DNA from: a virus
Taxonomy: Duplodnaviria; Caudoviricetes
Strand: one strand, 5' to 3'
IMG/VR virus record: IMGVR_UViG_3300044210_000049
Span: 1 to 48,884 of that record
Length of the DNA: 48,884 nt
Part shown: one piece after another, positions 27,637 to 38,723 of the stretch
Layout of the letters: each line of letters opens with the position of its first letter
Numbering within the stretch: position 1 is the stretch's first letter
Made by a program: the position numbers and the translations under genes
The notes under the pieces: model-generated
Told to the model about the DNA's origin: nothing
The model's database searches: none
What the model saw: only the letters and a program-made list of their open reading frames with translations

Positions 27637-28821
27637 ATGTCGAATACTCTTACTTATATTCAAAGGCAGGCTTTCAGTGGGATGCAAAAGGTTTGCCGCG
27701 AAATGGCTGGCGGTATTAAAAGTGCAAGCTATGATTTTGGCAAAGACGGCAAGGCCAAAGGCGTAGCTGTTGGCGAATACGTGGATGTGCAAATCGCTCC
27801 TGCTGCGAGCATGACGACATTCACGCCTTCCAACGTTTTGCCGAGCCCTACCGATCAAACAGCGGCGCGGACGCGGGTCTATATTCAGTATTCCAACAAA
27901 ACCGTTCCGAGGTATTTGACTGGTGAAGAGATACAGTCGTTAACAAATGCGGAAACAGATAAAGATTGGGCGCAGGGCAATATTGAGCAAATGATCCGGG
28001 CGTGTATCAACCAAATTGAATCGTATTTGTGTTTGCGGATTAAATACGGGGCGTCGCGGGCTGTTGGAACTGCCGGAACTACTCCTTTTGGCTCAGACCT
28101 GAGTGACCTTATTGCTGCCAATAAGGTTTTGATGGACAACGGCGTATCGTTAACGGATAGGACGTTGTTGGTAAATTCGAGCGCCTACATGAATATGGGT
28201 AATCTCGGAATTGTGCAGCAAGCCAATCTTGCCGGGAGTGATGAAGAACGCCGGAGCGGTGTAATAACAAAACAGTGGGGCTGCAACGTTCGTGTTAGCG
28301 CAGGGATAGCAACTCATACGGCGGGTACTCCTTCTGGGACACTGTTTAGTGCTACGGAACCGGTTGGCGAAACTTCGCTCGCTTTTGATACCGATACGAA
28401 TGGACCGTGGAATCCTGGCGATATTCTTACTTGTGGTTCTGGTGGTGGTTCGGGTACTCTTGATACGAATAAATATGTCATTCCTGACTACGACGCTTCA
28501 GCAACGGCCTATACAACCTCTCCGCTTACCATTAATCAGCCAGGCTTAATATTGCAGCATGTTGACAATGATACGATGGCGGTTGGCGCAGATTATACGC
28601 CGTGTTTCGTTTTTGAAAGAAATGCGGTTGCGCTGGTTGTAAGGCCGCCTTTCCTTCCGGAAAACGCTATCATCAAAACCCTTCCCATTACTGACTCCGA
28701 AACCGGCTTGACTCTTTTGCTTGTTGAAATTTCTCAATACGGTCAGGTGGTTTGGGAAATGCATTGGGCGGGTGGAATGAAAGCTGTGTGGCCACAAGGC
28801 ATATGCACTATTCTTGGTTAA
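27637..28821 (+). CDS. Major capsid protein (P22 coat-like)
   Basis: 394 aa; GTTPFGSDLSD...LMDNG...FERNAVALVVRPP; position. Confidence 0.85.
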   Translation: MSNTLTYIQRQAFSGMQKVCREMAGGIKSASYDFGKDGKAKGVAVGEYVDVQIAPAASMTTFTPSNVLPSPTDQTAARTRVYIQYSNKTVPRYLTGEEIQSLTNAETDKDWAQGNIEQMIRACINQIESYLCLRIKYGASRAVGTAGTTPFGSDLSDLIAANKVLMDNGVSLTDRTLLVNSSAYMNMGNLGIVQQANLAGSDEERRSGVITKQWGCNVRVSAGIATHTAGTPSGTLFSATEPVGETSLAFDTDTNGPWNPGDILTCGSGGGSGTLDTNKYVIPDYDASATAYTTSPLTINQPGLILQHVDNDTMAVGADYTPCFVFERNAVALVVRPPFLPENAIIKTLPITDSETGLTLLLVEISQYGQVVWEMHWAGGMKAVWPQGICTILG

Positions 28822-28831
28822 GGAGTTAAAA

Positions 28832-29143
28832 ATGCTTGCAATTTCAAGGACGATTCCTTTGCGTCCAGGCTATCCTCTAAAGCTTGTTATTGATACGACA
28901 AGTAAGGCACGGAGAGTGGAAGAAGGCGGATGGACTTTTCACAATATAAAAGATTGGGAAGAGTTTAAAGCAATTCAAACCTCACTTCCCTTAAAAAATG
29001 AAGGGGGCGATGAGCTTATTCCTGAAATTGTCGACACAGTTGTTCCGGTTAATGTTGATCAGAAACAAGAACATCTTGTTGTAAATGACAATGCCAACGA
29101 AGTTGAAGTACGCCAAAAGCGCAAGTATATCAAGAGGCAATAA
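28832..29143 (+). CDS. Hypothetical protein (head module)
   Basis: AAGGAG RBS; KRKYIKR C-terminus. Confidence 0.7.
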   Translation: MLAISRTIPLRPGYPLKLVIDTTSKARRVEEGGWTFHNIKDWEEFKAIQTSLPLKNEGGDELIPEIVDTVVPVNVDQKQEHLVVNDNANEVEVRQKRKYIKRQ

Positions 29144-29634
29144 TGCGATTGTCGATGACTATTGATGCGGAGAAACTATTAAAATCTTTTATGGTTGCTC
29201 CGCTTCAAGTCTCCAAGGAATTAAGGAATTCATTGCAGGCAAGCCTTAAGGCAGTTCAGCTTGACGCTGGAATAAATACTGGTGTAAATGATAAGCGACA
29301 GCATATTGCAAGGGCAATAAAAGTCGAAGTTGAACAATCAGGACTCGAAGGAAAATGCGTTTTGGATACGGGGATTTGTGAATACTCAGCATATCAACAC
29401 GAAGGAACCGGAAAATTTGGAAGCGGCAAGGGTGAGTATAAGATTAAGCCGAAAAATAAAAAGTCCCTTTACTGGGTTAGTGGAGGCGGTAAGCATTTTC
29501 CCAAATCCGTCACTCATCCCGGAGTCAAGCCGCAAAAGTTTTTGTACAAAGCATTCGCACGTCAAAAATCTTTTATCGTTGCTCGAATGCAAGCCGCGGT
29601 TATGAGAGCTTTCAAAATAACAGGCCTAAAATGA
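29143..29634 (+). CDS. HK97 gp10-like neck protein
   Basis: YSAYQHEGTG...SVTHPGVKPQKFL. Confidence 0.8.
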   Translation: MRLSMTIDAEKLLKSFMVAPLQVSKELRNSLQASLKAVQLDAGINTGVNDKRQHIARAIKVEVEQSGLEGKCVLDTGICEYSAYQHEGTGKFGSGKGEYKIKPKNKKSLYWVSGGGKHFPKSVTHPGVKPQKFLYKAFARQKSFIVARMQAAVMRAFKITGLK

Positions 29635-30065
29635 CCACTTCAACCAATTCTATTTTTAACAGCGATTGGATCACTGACGGGATTCTACGGCAACCGATCA
29701 CCAACGCTACTCCTGATTCGCGCGTCACCGGTTGGGTTAACGCTGCCGAGGAAGAGTTAATTTCAATCGCTCTTTCAAACGATGTCCCCGCCGATACGTT
29801 TATTGCGAATGTTGTTGCAAAAGGAATCAATTATGAAGTGAAAAAGTATGGCATCGTTTATTGCTGTTTTAAAATCGCAGAAGACTTGTGGGGTAGCACT
29901 TCTGTTGACGACCCGATGACTGAAATTTATAAAGCGAAGCTCGATTATTATAAATTGCGGTGCGAAGAATTGCGTCTTTTGCTTACCGCTGAAATGTTCC
30001 TTTATGATGACGATAATATTCCTGCCGTAAGTCGCGTAGGTGTTGGCAGGATTTTTAGGGGATAA
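29631..30065 (+). CDS. Putative head-tail connector
   Basis: 144 aa helical ORF; position. Confidence 0.65.
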   Translation: MTTSTNSIFNSDWITDGILRQPITNATPDSRVTGWVNAAEEELISIALSNDVPADTFIANVVAKGINYEVKKYGIVYCCFKIAEDLWGSTSVDDPMTEIYKAKLDYYKLRCEELRLLLTAEMFLYDDDNIPAVSRVGVGRIFRG

Positions 30066-30066
30066 C

Positions 30067-30768
30067 ATGGCTGCGCCAGTCATAACATCACAACCCTCAT
30101 CAACAATCCCGACACGAGGAAGCTCGTTTACGCTTTCGGTTACGGCCACTGGGGCAACGCTTACATATCAATGGTATAAAAACGACTATGCCATTACCGG
30201 AGCTACTTCGGAATCGTATTCAAAAACATATGCTAACTCTGCCGACAACGGTATTTATCATGTTGTTGTTACTTCGGCAGGAATAGACACAACGCAAAGC
30301 AATTATATTTCCGTTGCAGAAACTCGCATAGATCAAATTGCTCTCGAAATATGGCGAAGACTTAAAAGTATTACGACCGCAAACGGATATGCGTATAATT
30401 TCGGTACAATTAACAATTGGAAATATGGGAACCCTTCTTATCCGATGGCCGACATTACATTTGAATCTGAAAATATGATTGATGCTGATCTTTCGCACTT
30501 CGGTTTTGCAGAATGCGAATTTAAAATAAAGATTAAGGCAGCAATCACAAGCACACAAGACATCCCAACCCACGCAATAGACGCAGAGGCTAACAAGGTT
30601 CTTTCCGATATTAAAAATGAATTCCGAGAAAAGCTTGGACGTTTGCAATTGATAGATGAAAGTGCGACTATACGATATGATAGAAGTTTAAGAGAGATAA
30701 GCCCGGCAGGCGGCGCATACATACCGGGAGTTTTAAACACTTTTTGGAAAGTTCAATACCAAAATTGA
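30067..30768 (+). CDS. Ig-domain protein fused to a putative tail terminator
   Basis: PVITSQP...LTYQWYKN...DNGIYHVVVT Ig fold, then LKSITTANGY. Confidence 0.75.
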   Translation: MAAPVITSQPSSTIPTRGSSFTLSVTATGATLTYQWYKNDYAITGATSESYSKTYANSADNGIYHVVVTSAGIDTTQSNYISVAETRIDQIALEIWRRLKSITTANGYAYNFGTINNWKYGNPSYPMADITFESENMIDADLSHFGFAECEFKIKIKAAITSTQDIPTHAIDAEANKVLSDIKNEFREKLGRLQLIDESATIRYDRSLREISPAGGAYIPGVLNTFWKVQYQN

Positions 30769-30780
30769 AAGAGGTATTTT

Positions 30781-31737
30781 ATGGCACATACTGGTGCTTA
30801 TTCACAGCTTGAATTTTTTGAAGGGATAAAGCAAACCGATGCTATAACCGTATTGCCTTATACGTATAATGTTTTTCTTCCTTTTGAACGTGGGGCAAGC
30901 CTTAAACTTAAACAAAACATGAATGAGATGAATATAGCGGTTACCAATGGCGGGTTAAGTCCGTCAGTACCAGGCGATGCGCTATATGAATTCACTGGAA
31001 CACTTCCAGTTTATCCGGATGATACGTCTCCTACTCCGACACTTCCATATTGTAGTGATATTTTAGAGGCAATGGGATTAAGCACTTCGATAGGATCTCC
31101 GGAAACATATACCCCTTCTGACGAGTCGGAATATTCTTATTTGCAAATGAGATATTTTTCTGGTTCGGTAGCCAATGGAACATGTATTGTAAATTCAGCT
31201 AAAAATATGATGTTTGAAGGAAAATTCATTGGTAAAATTGGAGAACTTTTGAAAGCTGAATTAAAAGGCACTGGGTGTGTTGATGTAGTCCCTACACTTG
31301 GGAATTATAATCCAAATAGTATTGCTCTTGACACTACAGTTAAAACTCCAGTGCTTAAAAAAATTACTACCAAAATTTGCGGACGAACATACCTTGTTTC
31401 TGAATTTACAATTGATCCTGGGTTTAAGGTAGCAACCAAGCCCGATGGATCAACGTATGGACATTATAGCGCTACACTCATTCCGGGACCATCAAGATGG
31501 ACTGCGAAAGTTCTTTATGATGGTACGATCAACCCATTTACCGATCTTATTGGTGCGGCATTAGGAGAATTTGATATTTCATATGGGGCGGCGGGGTATA
31601 TCACCAGATTTGCAAGTGCTGCAAGCAGTCAAATAACTGCTTGCGAACCAAGCGACATATCTGGACTAAGCACATTTGATCTTACAGGAATCTTTGTTAA
31701 TAATTCATGGAGTTTATCTTTTAATGCTGCAACATAA
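30781..31737 (+). CDS. Major tail (tube) protein
   Basis: 318 aa, precedes the chaperone and tape measure genes. Confidence 0.75.
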   Translation: MAHTGAYSQLEFFEGIKQTDAITVLPYTYNVFLPFERGASLKLKQNMNEMNIAVTNGGLSPSVPGDALYEFTGTLPVYPDDTSPTPTLPYCSDILEAMGLSTSIGSPETYTPSDESEYSYLQMRYFSGSVANGTCIVNSAKNMMFEGKFIGKIGELLKAELKGTGCVDVVPTLGNYNPNSIALDTTVKTPVLKKITTKICGRTYLVSEFTIDPGFKVATKPDGSTYGHYSATLIPGPSRWTAKVLYDGTINPFTDLIGAALGEFDISYGAAGYITRFASAASSQITACEPSDISGLSTFDLTGIFVNNSWSLSFNAAT

Positions 31738-31746
31738 GGAGGGAAA

Positions 31747-32061
31747 ATGATCCCGTTGTCGATGAAAAACGAAATTACATATAAGGATAAGGATGGTAAT
31801 ACTTGGATATTCCGCCCTAAAACAGGGGAACGCGAATACGCATTTTATAAGATGTGCGATGATGACAATTCGGAAGGTCGAAAAGTTGAGGATATTTTCA
31901 AGCGCCATGATGATTTCGTTGACGATGTTTTGATTTCTACAACGGCAGGTGATTTCCAAGGGAAAAAACCGTCACAGATTTTCATACAAGAGGAAAAGGC
32001 AGAAATCCTCAAAATGTGGAATGACGCGAACAAGCTTACCGTTGAGGAAAAAAAAAGTTAA
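31747..32061 (+). CDS. Tail assembly chaperone (short form)
   Basis: Ends at an A9 slippery run (32048-32056). Confidence 0.8.
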   Translation: MIPLSMKNEITYKDKDGNTWIFRPKTGEREYAFYKMCDDDNSEGRKVEDIFKRHDDFVDDVLISTTAGDFQGKKPSQIFIQEEKAEILKMWNDANKLTVEEKKS

Positions 32062-32438
32062 TCCTTGCGGCTCTACTTCAATATGAGCCTCATTCGATTT
32101 GGTACAATTGCGATTTATGCGACAAAGATGACAAAAAAAAACGAGGGTGTGTACGACCGACAAAAAAAGGAGAAATTTGGATAGAGTGCATATGTAAAGC
32201 AAGTAGTAAATGCGATATTTGTAAAGGCAAGGGGAAGTTTAAAATAAAAAGATGCCCGGTTAAATTGATCGACAACCAAACAAACTTTCTATTGCCTTAT
32301 TTTTTTAGATGGAAAACAACAAGCGAATTCCCTGATAAACAGGGGGTACTTTATCAGCCAATTTTATTGGTTTCAGCTTTCAACTTTTTGGGGGTTGTTT
32401 CGAATAAACGCGAGATAGAGAATCGTAAGGAAAAGTGA
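31747..32438 (+). CDS. Tail assembly chaperone, -1 frameshift-extended form
   Basis: -1 frame is open from A9 to TGA at 32438, one base before the tape measure ATG; Cys-rich. Confidence 0.75.
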
Positions 32439-32439
32439 T

Positions 32440-34176
32440 ATGGGTAATGAAAACGAAGTAAGTGTAAAAATAACACTCATTAACGAAATAAATGATGAGG
32501 TAAAAGCTATTCGTGCCAATATTGAAAAACAATTTTCGGCAGTGAATGATAAGGTAAAAGAATCGCAAAGAGCTTTTGCTGGGCTTGGTAACGAGATAAA
32601 GGGAAGTTTTGTCGGGGCTATTCGTGGAGCGATTGTTGCGTATGCTGGTTTTGAAGTAATAAACAAAATAACCGGTTTTTTAATGCTTGCCCGCCAGGAA
32701 GTCAAAGAAAGTGTGCAAGCGCAAATGCAATTAAAAGCAGCATTAGGCTTCTCGTCCGCGGCATTAGTAGAGCAAGCCGATATTTTAGGAAAAAAGCTTC
32801 TTATAGATGATTCTGAAATATTGGGAGCTCAAGCAATGCTTGCCAATTATATCAAGGAAGAGGGTGCGATTAAAAAGTTGATACCAGCCATACTTGATCT
32901 TTCGGCGGCCAAGGGGATAAATTTGGTTTCTGCTGCCGATATGATGGGAAGGGCAATATCAGGAAATTCTGATGAAATGGCAAGGCTGGGGATAAGTTTC
33001 GGAGGGGCAAAAACAGAAATAGAAAGAGCAGATGCAGCGCTTCGCAGTATTAAGGGAAAATTTGAAGGACAAGCCGCGGCGATTGCACAATCAAAAGACT
33101 TAATCGATAAGATAAGTTTATCATGGAAACAACTCGCAGAAAATGTGGGATATGCTCTTAATTTAATGAATAAAACCGAGGAAAAATATTACAATGAAGC
33201 AAAAGAGCGCATAAAAACGCATTTCAACGAGTCTGATTTGCGATATATAATTAATTACGAAAAAAGACGCGAAGCAGATAAGAAGAAAGCTGATATCGAT
33301 CGTGCTGAAGAGCTAAGAATTAAATTGCAAATTCAAAAAGAAGAGGAATTAAAAAAGGCGCAGGAAAGTAGAATGAAAACTGTTCTTGAAAATGCAAAGC
33401 GTAATCAAGAGCAAAACGAAGCATTAAAAGCCCAATCGGAAGAAATGGCGGGGGGAGAATCATATAAAAATCCAGGTTTTACCGATGAGTATTATGCAAA
33501 AATTGAATTGGATAAGCAATACGAATCTGAAACAACCGCCAGAATGAATAGAATGTATCAATATGACGTGCAAGTAAAAGAGGAAATGAAGAGGGCAAAT
33601 CATGAATATTATAAACAGATTTTCGAATTTGAAAAGCAGCGAGATTTGCTTGAAGCAAGAAATCGTGAATCTGCTTTACGTGGAACAGTTGATAATCTTC
33701 GGACAATGGCTTCTAAGTGGAAAGAGTTCGGTGCAATATATAAGGCCGCCGCAATATCAGAAACCATAATCGACACTTACGCCGGGGCACAGGCCGCATT
33801 TAAGTCCCTTGCTGGTATCCCTATAGTTGGGCCCATCCTTGGAACGGCGGCGGCGGCGGCGGCGGTTGGCGCTGGTATTGCCAGGGTATCTGAAATATCG
33901 GCGCAGCAATTCGCAATGGGAACTGCTTCGGCGCCAGGTGGACGCTCGCTTGTCGGTGAATATGGTCCCGAATACATTGACCTTCCACGCGGATCGACAG
34001 TTTATAATAATAGCCAAACACAGCATATCGCAAACACGAATAATAATGGCCATACACTTGTTTATAATCACTACGATAATACTGGGACGCTTTCGGAGTC
34101 CATAGCAGTAGAATTACGATCTGGACGCGGGGATAGGCTTATAAACATGCTTGCACAGAGAATGGGAGTAAATTAA
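32440..34176 (+). CDS. Tape measure protein
   Basis: 578 aa Ala-rich helical; FAMGT...LVGEYGPE C-terminal motif. Confidence 0.9.
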   Translation: MGNENEVSVKITLINEINDEVKAIRANIEKQFSAVNDKVKESQRAFAGLGNEIKGSFVGAIRGAIVAYAGFEVINKITGFLMLARQEVKESVQAQMQLKAALGFSSAALVEQADILGKKLLIDDSEILGAQAMLANYIKEEGAIKKLIPAILDLSAAKGINLVSAADMMGRAISGNSDEMARLGISFGGAKTEIERADAALRSIKGKFEGQAAAIAQSKDLIDKISLSWKQLAENVGYALNLMNKTEEKYYNEAKERIKTHFNESDLRYIINYEKRREADKKKADIDRAEELRIKLQIQKEEELKKAQESRMKTVLENAKRNQEQNEALKAQSEEMAGGESYKNPGFTDEYYAKIELDKQYESETTARMNRMYQYDVQVKEEMKRANHEYYKQIFEFEKQRDLLEARNRESALRGTVDNLRTMASKWKEFGAIYKAAAISETIIDTYAGAQAAFKSLAGIPIVGPILGTAAAAAAVGAGIARVSEISAQQFAMGTASAPGGRSLVGEYGPEYIDLPRGSTVYNNSQTQHIANTNNNGHTLVYNHYDNTGTLSESIAVELRSGRGDRLINMLAQRMGVN

Positions 34177-35078
34177 TGCCGTCATTTGAGATATGGGATA
34201 GCGCAGAAACGGCACATATTCATGTCGAATTCCCGGCATGGGGATATAATGTTGAAATTCATCAGCCCATTTGCACAACAAAGGCGGCAAGCGGCGGATA
34301 TCCTGATAATGCTTTTTTTGATCCTCCAAATGAAGATACCCCGGCGGTTTATGGGACTTTCGATTTTCGAATTTTAAATATTCCATCAATAAAGCTTTCG
34401 GCAACAGACCAAGCAGCATTTACTGCATTCTTTAAAAATGTCGCTTACGGGCGCGGGGAGAATGTTATCATTAAACTTGGCGTAACTCCGACAGGATTCT
34501 TCCCTGGTGGAACGGAATATGGCGATGTGGGTGATTTCGAAGTGCGTCTTTTAGAGCAAAAAGTGTCCGAAATGCTGTACAGCCCGTATGAATATTTTGA
34601 AAATAATCTTAAATTCATCATTGTCGATCCCCCTGCATATACTCCTGCATTTGATGATTACGATGAGGGAGTCATTCAGATAGGCGCATGTGACCATAAA
34701 TTCAAATATCCTACCGGATGGTTTATTCCAAATATTTCTTATAATATCAAAAATGAATATTCGATAAGTGGAGTCCCAAATTCGCTTGATATGCCGTTGC
34801 ATTCCGATACATGGATTTCCAGTTTTACAATGGAATGTTCAACTTATAATTCTGACTCGCTCATTGCCGAACTTTTGAGCAAGCGAACAAATAATATTCA
34901 ACTCATTATTCCTGCCGGGTATCCATTTGGAATAGACGGTGGTGTCGGCGGAACGTATAATTGCAAGTTTCTCGGCAGTTCTTTCTCTGATAAAGAGCGG
35001 ATAATTAAAACCGTGCATACTGGGTATAACCGATTTGAGACACACCTCTCTTTCTGGCTTAAGGAAAAATTAGCTTAA
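34176..35078 (+). CDS. Distal tail protein (putative)
   Basis: 300 aa directly after the tape measure gene. Confidence 0.65.
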   Translation: MPSFEIWDSAETAHIHVEFPAWGYNVEIHQPICTTKAASGGYPDNAFFDPPNEDTPAVYGTFDFRILNIPSIKLSATDQAAFTAFFKNVAYGRGENVIIKLGVTPTGFFPGGTEYGDVGDFEVRLLEQKVSEMLYSPYEYFENNLKFIIVDPPAYTPAFDDYDEGVIQIGACDHKFKYPTGWFIPNISYNIKNEYSISGVPNSLDMPLHSDTWISSFTMECSTYNSDSLIAELLSKRTNNIQLIIPAGYPFGIDGGVGGTYNCKFLGSSFSDKERIIKTVHTGYNRFETHLSFWLKEKLA

Positions 35079-35120
35079 CCGTGATTTTTATGGTATATTT
35101 AAGCTAAGAAAGGAAAATTT

Positions 35121-35558
35121 ATGAATAAAATTTTAATTGTTTTTGCGGCATTATTTTGTGTAGGATGTATAAGCAATCCGATTTCAAATGGAAGCGGGGG
35201 GGGAAATATTTTTGTTTCCGAAGACACTATCACGTATGTGACCGTTGTTTTTAAAGCGGAAAAATATTCAAGACAAATATGGCTTAAAGAATCATTGGAC
35301 TCTGTATTTTGTCTTAATATTTACAAGAAGGAAAAATACACTCCTATTTTATGCATTAGAAATGGTTTAAAAGAACTTGATTCGGAAAAAGAAGTGAATA
35401 TAAAAGTGAAAAATAATACTATCATATATATATCAAATGAAAAAATAAACATGAATAATATTTATGATAATTTTTGTAAAAAATATGAAGTTCAGCAAGA
35501 GTTTCATTTTGAAAAAATCATTACTGTACTATCCGATACAACAATTGTTTTGGACTAA
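35121..35558 (+). CDS. Lipoprotein, moron-like insertion
   Basis: MNKILIVFAALFCVGC lipobox; very AT-rich; TGgTATATT upstream. Confidence 0.75.
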   Translation: MNKILIVFAALFCVGCISNPISNGSGGGNIFVSEDTITYVTVVFKAEKYSRQIWLKESLDSVFCLNIYKKEKYTPILCIRNGLKELDSEKEVNIKVKNNTIIYISNEKINMNNIYDNFCKKYEVQQEFHFEKIITVLSDTTIVLD

Positions 35559-35561
35559 TCA

Positions 35562-38500
35562 ATGTCGCACTATCTAACAGTCCATGCCATAAAAATAAAG
35601 ATTGTTCCGGAAATTTCTTCGCTTGTCGGAATGTCGAATCTTGATGATTATGGTATTTATATTAACGGTGACGACACTCAGGAAATACGAGTAAGCGAAG
35701 TCGCTGTTGCGGGACTTTCCGAATTATGGACAACTGGAATAATTGCCCAAATAGGAGATCGCACAAAAAAAATATCAAAGGGTGAAAATGGCGCTGTTGA
35801 GGAATATTCTGGATTGACAGTAACTTTTGTAAATAACAATCAGCTCATTTTGAGGTACAAAGAGCTTGGGATAAATATTAATGGACTTCGAGCCGAATTA
35901 CATGAATTCATAGGTACTGAAGCCGACAGTGACGCTTCAAGCCGCGATGTAATATTTACCGGTACTTGCGCTTATGAAGCCGCTTCAAAGTGGGATGAAA
36001 ATTATTGGAATGTTGAAATAAAAAATGAGCGGATGCAAAGGAATGCTTTTGTCGGAACATTAATAAGCAATGATCCTGTAAATGGTAATTTTAAAGACGC
36101 AACTGATGACATGAATGGTAAAACACCTCCTATTACAATCGGAAAATTTCAAATGTTTGACGGTATTCCGTATCCTGCAAAATTTATCAGGACTGGCGGG
36201 AAACAAACTGTTATATCAAATGCATACGATTCTTCAAATTATTATACCCCTTATGGAACCAATATTTTTCCGATAGTAGGGTTTTCGGCATCTTATTCAG
36301 GTGAGCCAGCGTTAGGATACAGAGTTTTGATGGGCTTTGGATATTCTGGAAATCCACTTTTGCTATATCCTACTCTTGTCGGAAAATGGATTAAAATAAT
36401 TGAGGGATCTTCGACTGACGGATCATTAAGCCTTGTTGGAAAATATCGGAGAATAACGGCTACCGGCAATCCTCGAATTTTATCAGGATATGGATACACA
36501 ATTGACATAACAATAGATTCATATTTCGAACAAGGCCCAGATTTTAACGATACTGTTTCCGCAACATACCAAACATGGATACAAATATTAAATATACCTT
36601 TTGTTTTTTCTCCCGACACTTGGCCTTGCGCTGGATTTCTTGATGATGCAGAACCAGGAGTTGTTAGTTCCGAAGCATTAAATATTTTTTCTTACAAATC
36701 TAACAATTCTTTCTTGGAAAGGAAATCGTATGATGTAGATTCTGATAATAAACTCATAATAACATCTTCGTTTGCTCCTATCGGATTCAGAAAAATCGCA
36801 TCATACGGATACGAGGCATTAAGCAGTAGCGGAAATATCACGCTTATTATTAACGCTATTCTTTTTAATGGCGATACTTCTCAAATGCTGAGTTGGGATA
36901 TTTTTCCTTTAAAAAATTTAGCAAAATATTGTGATACAACTCTTGGAAAATGGGGTTTAACATCAAGGATTCAGGTCGGAAGTAGTAATTTATACGGTGA
37001 AAATGATACCGGATTCCCGTTTACTATAGACACCAATTCAGATGTATCTGGCACAAATTGGTGTGATAAATCGGCAGCAACATATCTTGACCTTCAAATC
37101 GAAGTGCATAAAGACGGATATTATATGCATGATCTTTGGGCAGCATATGAAGCAGATATTCCAATTGAAAAAATATTATTTGAATATGATTCATATTATC
37201 TTGGCATAAGCATGTGGAGTAGGTCAGGTGACGGGGCAAGCGTTTATGACGCCTCGCAAGTTAGATTTATGATGCGTAGATTCGTAGGGGCGCTTATAGA
37301 AACTTTGCCACTTGCCAAAAGTGAATTATATGTAGATGACAATGATGGTGGAGGGATTAATAATCTTCCTGATTTTTATTATGATTCCTCTACAAACAAT
37401 GGCAATTTTTTTCTTGTAAAATCAAATTCTGATTGGACTTCGAGCCCTGATAATATCTATGGGCATGAAATTTTTAAAATGAACGGTATTGATTCAATTG
37501 ATAAGCTTAAAGCTATATATAAAATAGGTTTTGTTTTTGGCACATTAAAGGCTGCTAACGGATATTCAATTTTTAAAAAATACATTCATTTAAATGAGCT
37601 TGCCATTATATGCAAAATGTCGGTTCCTATTGGCAATGAACTTTATTCTTTGTTTGCAGGTCGCACCTTTGAAGACACTTGGGGCTCGCGCAAGACCGCC
37701 GCGAATCTAATTACAAACACCGTCGATGTCCTTGAACATTTCAAGCGTTTACAATGCGGAATTGAGTTTGGCGATACCGTTGAATTCGGTAAGGCATATT
37801 CTCCGGGAATGCTTATTAAAACAGGTTCGGGAGTTGAGGGAAGTTACGACAACGCCATACTTGATACCGTAAAGACGTATTCCCCGGCGTTCCAAATTCA
37901 CGACACGAGTAAGGCGTATACCGATTCGATTTGCAAGGAAATATGCCGACAATTCGGACTTTGCACATATACCGATATTGACGGATATGAATGCGTCACG
38001 ACAATTGACGCAATAAATCCTACCGAAACAATTACTTTCGCCGACATTGTTACTGGATCGATAGGCGAAACAAAAGAGCCTGATTTGCAGGATATTTACT
38101 GCCAACCTATTTTTAAATATCGGTTAAACCAAGGCTCAGGTAATTTCGATCAACTCATGGCGGTGACTAATATTCAGGCGGCTTCATATGATCCATCATA
38201 TACGCCAGGAATTGATAACACGGCGCACAATCTTGATGTGACTACTCACGACGGGGAATATATTTGGAATCAATGCAAGGCTAATTTTAATAAATATAGG
38301 CACATTGAACCTTGTCCTTCAAGTTTCTCCGATCACGATATGGTTGTATTGTATGCCGACGCGGTTAAAATATTTAGCGCTAAAATATCGCGTATGGGAA
38401 GAAAAAGAAATACCTGTTCTGTTTTTTATTCGAAAGGAAAAGATTATTTTGCGGGGAAACATATAAAAATAAAATTACCATTTCAGACAGTAAATTTATC

Positions 38501-38627
38501 AGTTGAAATTTTACTGGAAACAGTTAAAATATGCAAACGCAGTATAGAGTCAGGAGGATCGGCAAACAGGGTAGATTTATCGTTTGTGCTTTTATCTGAT
38601 ATCTCAACGCCTTTTTTTTTTGAATAA
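35562..38627 (+). CDS. Tail tip/baseplate hub protein
   Basis: 1021 aa in the tail module. Confidence 0.75.
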   Translation: MSHYLTVHAIKIKIVPEISSLVGMSNLDDYGIYINGDDTQEIRVSEVAVAGLSELWTTGIIAQIGDRTKKISKGENGAVEEYSGLTVTFVNNNQLILRYKELGININGLRAELHEFIGTEADSDASSRDVIFTGTCAYEAASKWDENYWNVEIKNERMQRNAFVGTLISNDPVNGNFKDATDDMNGKTPPITIGKFQMFDGIPYPAKFIRTGGKQTVISNAYDSSNYYTPYGTNIFPIVGFSASYSGEPALGYRVLMGFGYSGNPLLLYPTLVGKWIKIIEGSSTDGSLSLVGKYRRITATGNPRILSGYGYTIDITIDSYFEQGPDFNDTVSATYQTWIQILNIPFVFSPDTWPCAGFLDDAEPGVVSSEALNIFSYKSNNSFLERKSYDVDSDNKLIITSSFAPIGFRKIASYGYEALSSSGNITLIINAILFNGDTSQMLSWDIFPLKNLAKYCDTTLGKWGLTSRIQVGSSNLYGENDTGFPFTIDTNSDVSGTNWCDKSAATYLDLQIEVHKDGYYMHDLWAAYEADIPIEKILFEYDSYYLGISMWSRSGDGASVYDASQVRFMMRRFVGALIETLPLAKSELYVDDNDGGGINNLPDFYYDSSTNNGNFFLVKSNSDWTSSPDNIYGHEIFKMNGIDSIDKLKAIYKIGFVFGTLKAANGYSIFKKYIHLNELAIICKMSVPIGNELYSLFAGRTFEDTWGSRKTAANLITNTVDVLEHFKRLQCGIEFGDTVEFGKAYSPGMLIKTGSGVEGSYDNAILDTVKTYSPAFQIHDTSKAYTDSICKEICRQFGLCTYTDIDGYECVTTIDAINPTETITFADIVTGSIGETKEPDLQDIYCQPIFKYRLNQGSGNFDQLMAVTNIQAASYDPSYTPGIDNTAHNLDVTTHDGEYIWNQCKANFNKYRHIEPCPSSFSDHDMVVLYADAVKIFSAKISRMGRKRNTCSVFYSKGKDYFAGKHIKIKLPFQTVNLSVEILLETVKICKRSIESGGSANRVDLSFVLLSDISTPFFFE

Positions 38628-38723
38628 GGTACAGAATGAGTTTACGCTTTTAAATTCACTTGAATTATGGCAAAATGCTTTTGAACAAAATGGGTACGAA
38701 ATAATACAAAATCAGTTTTAATT

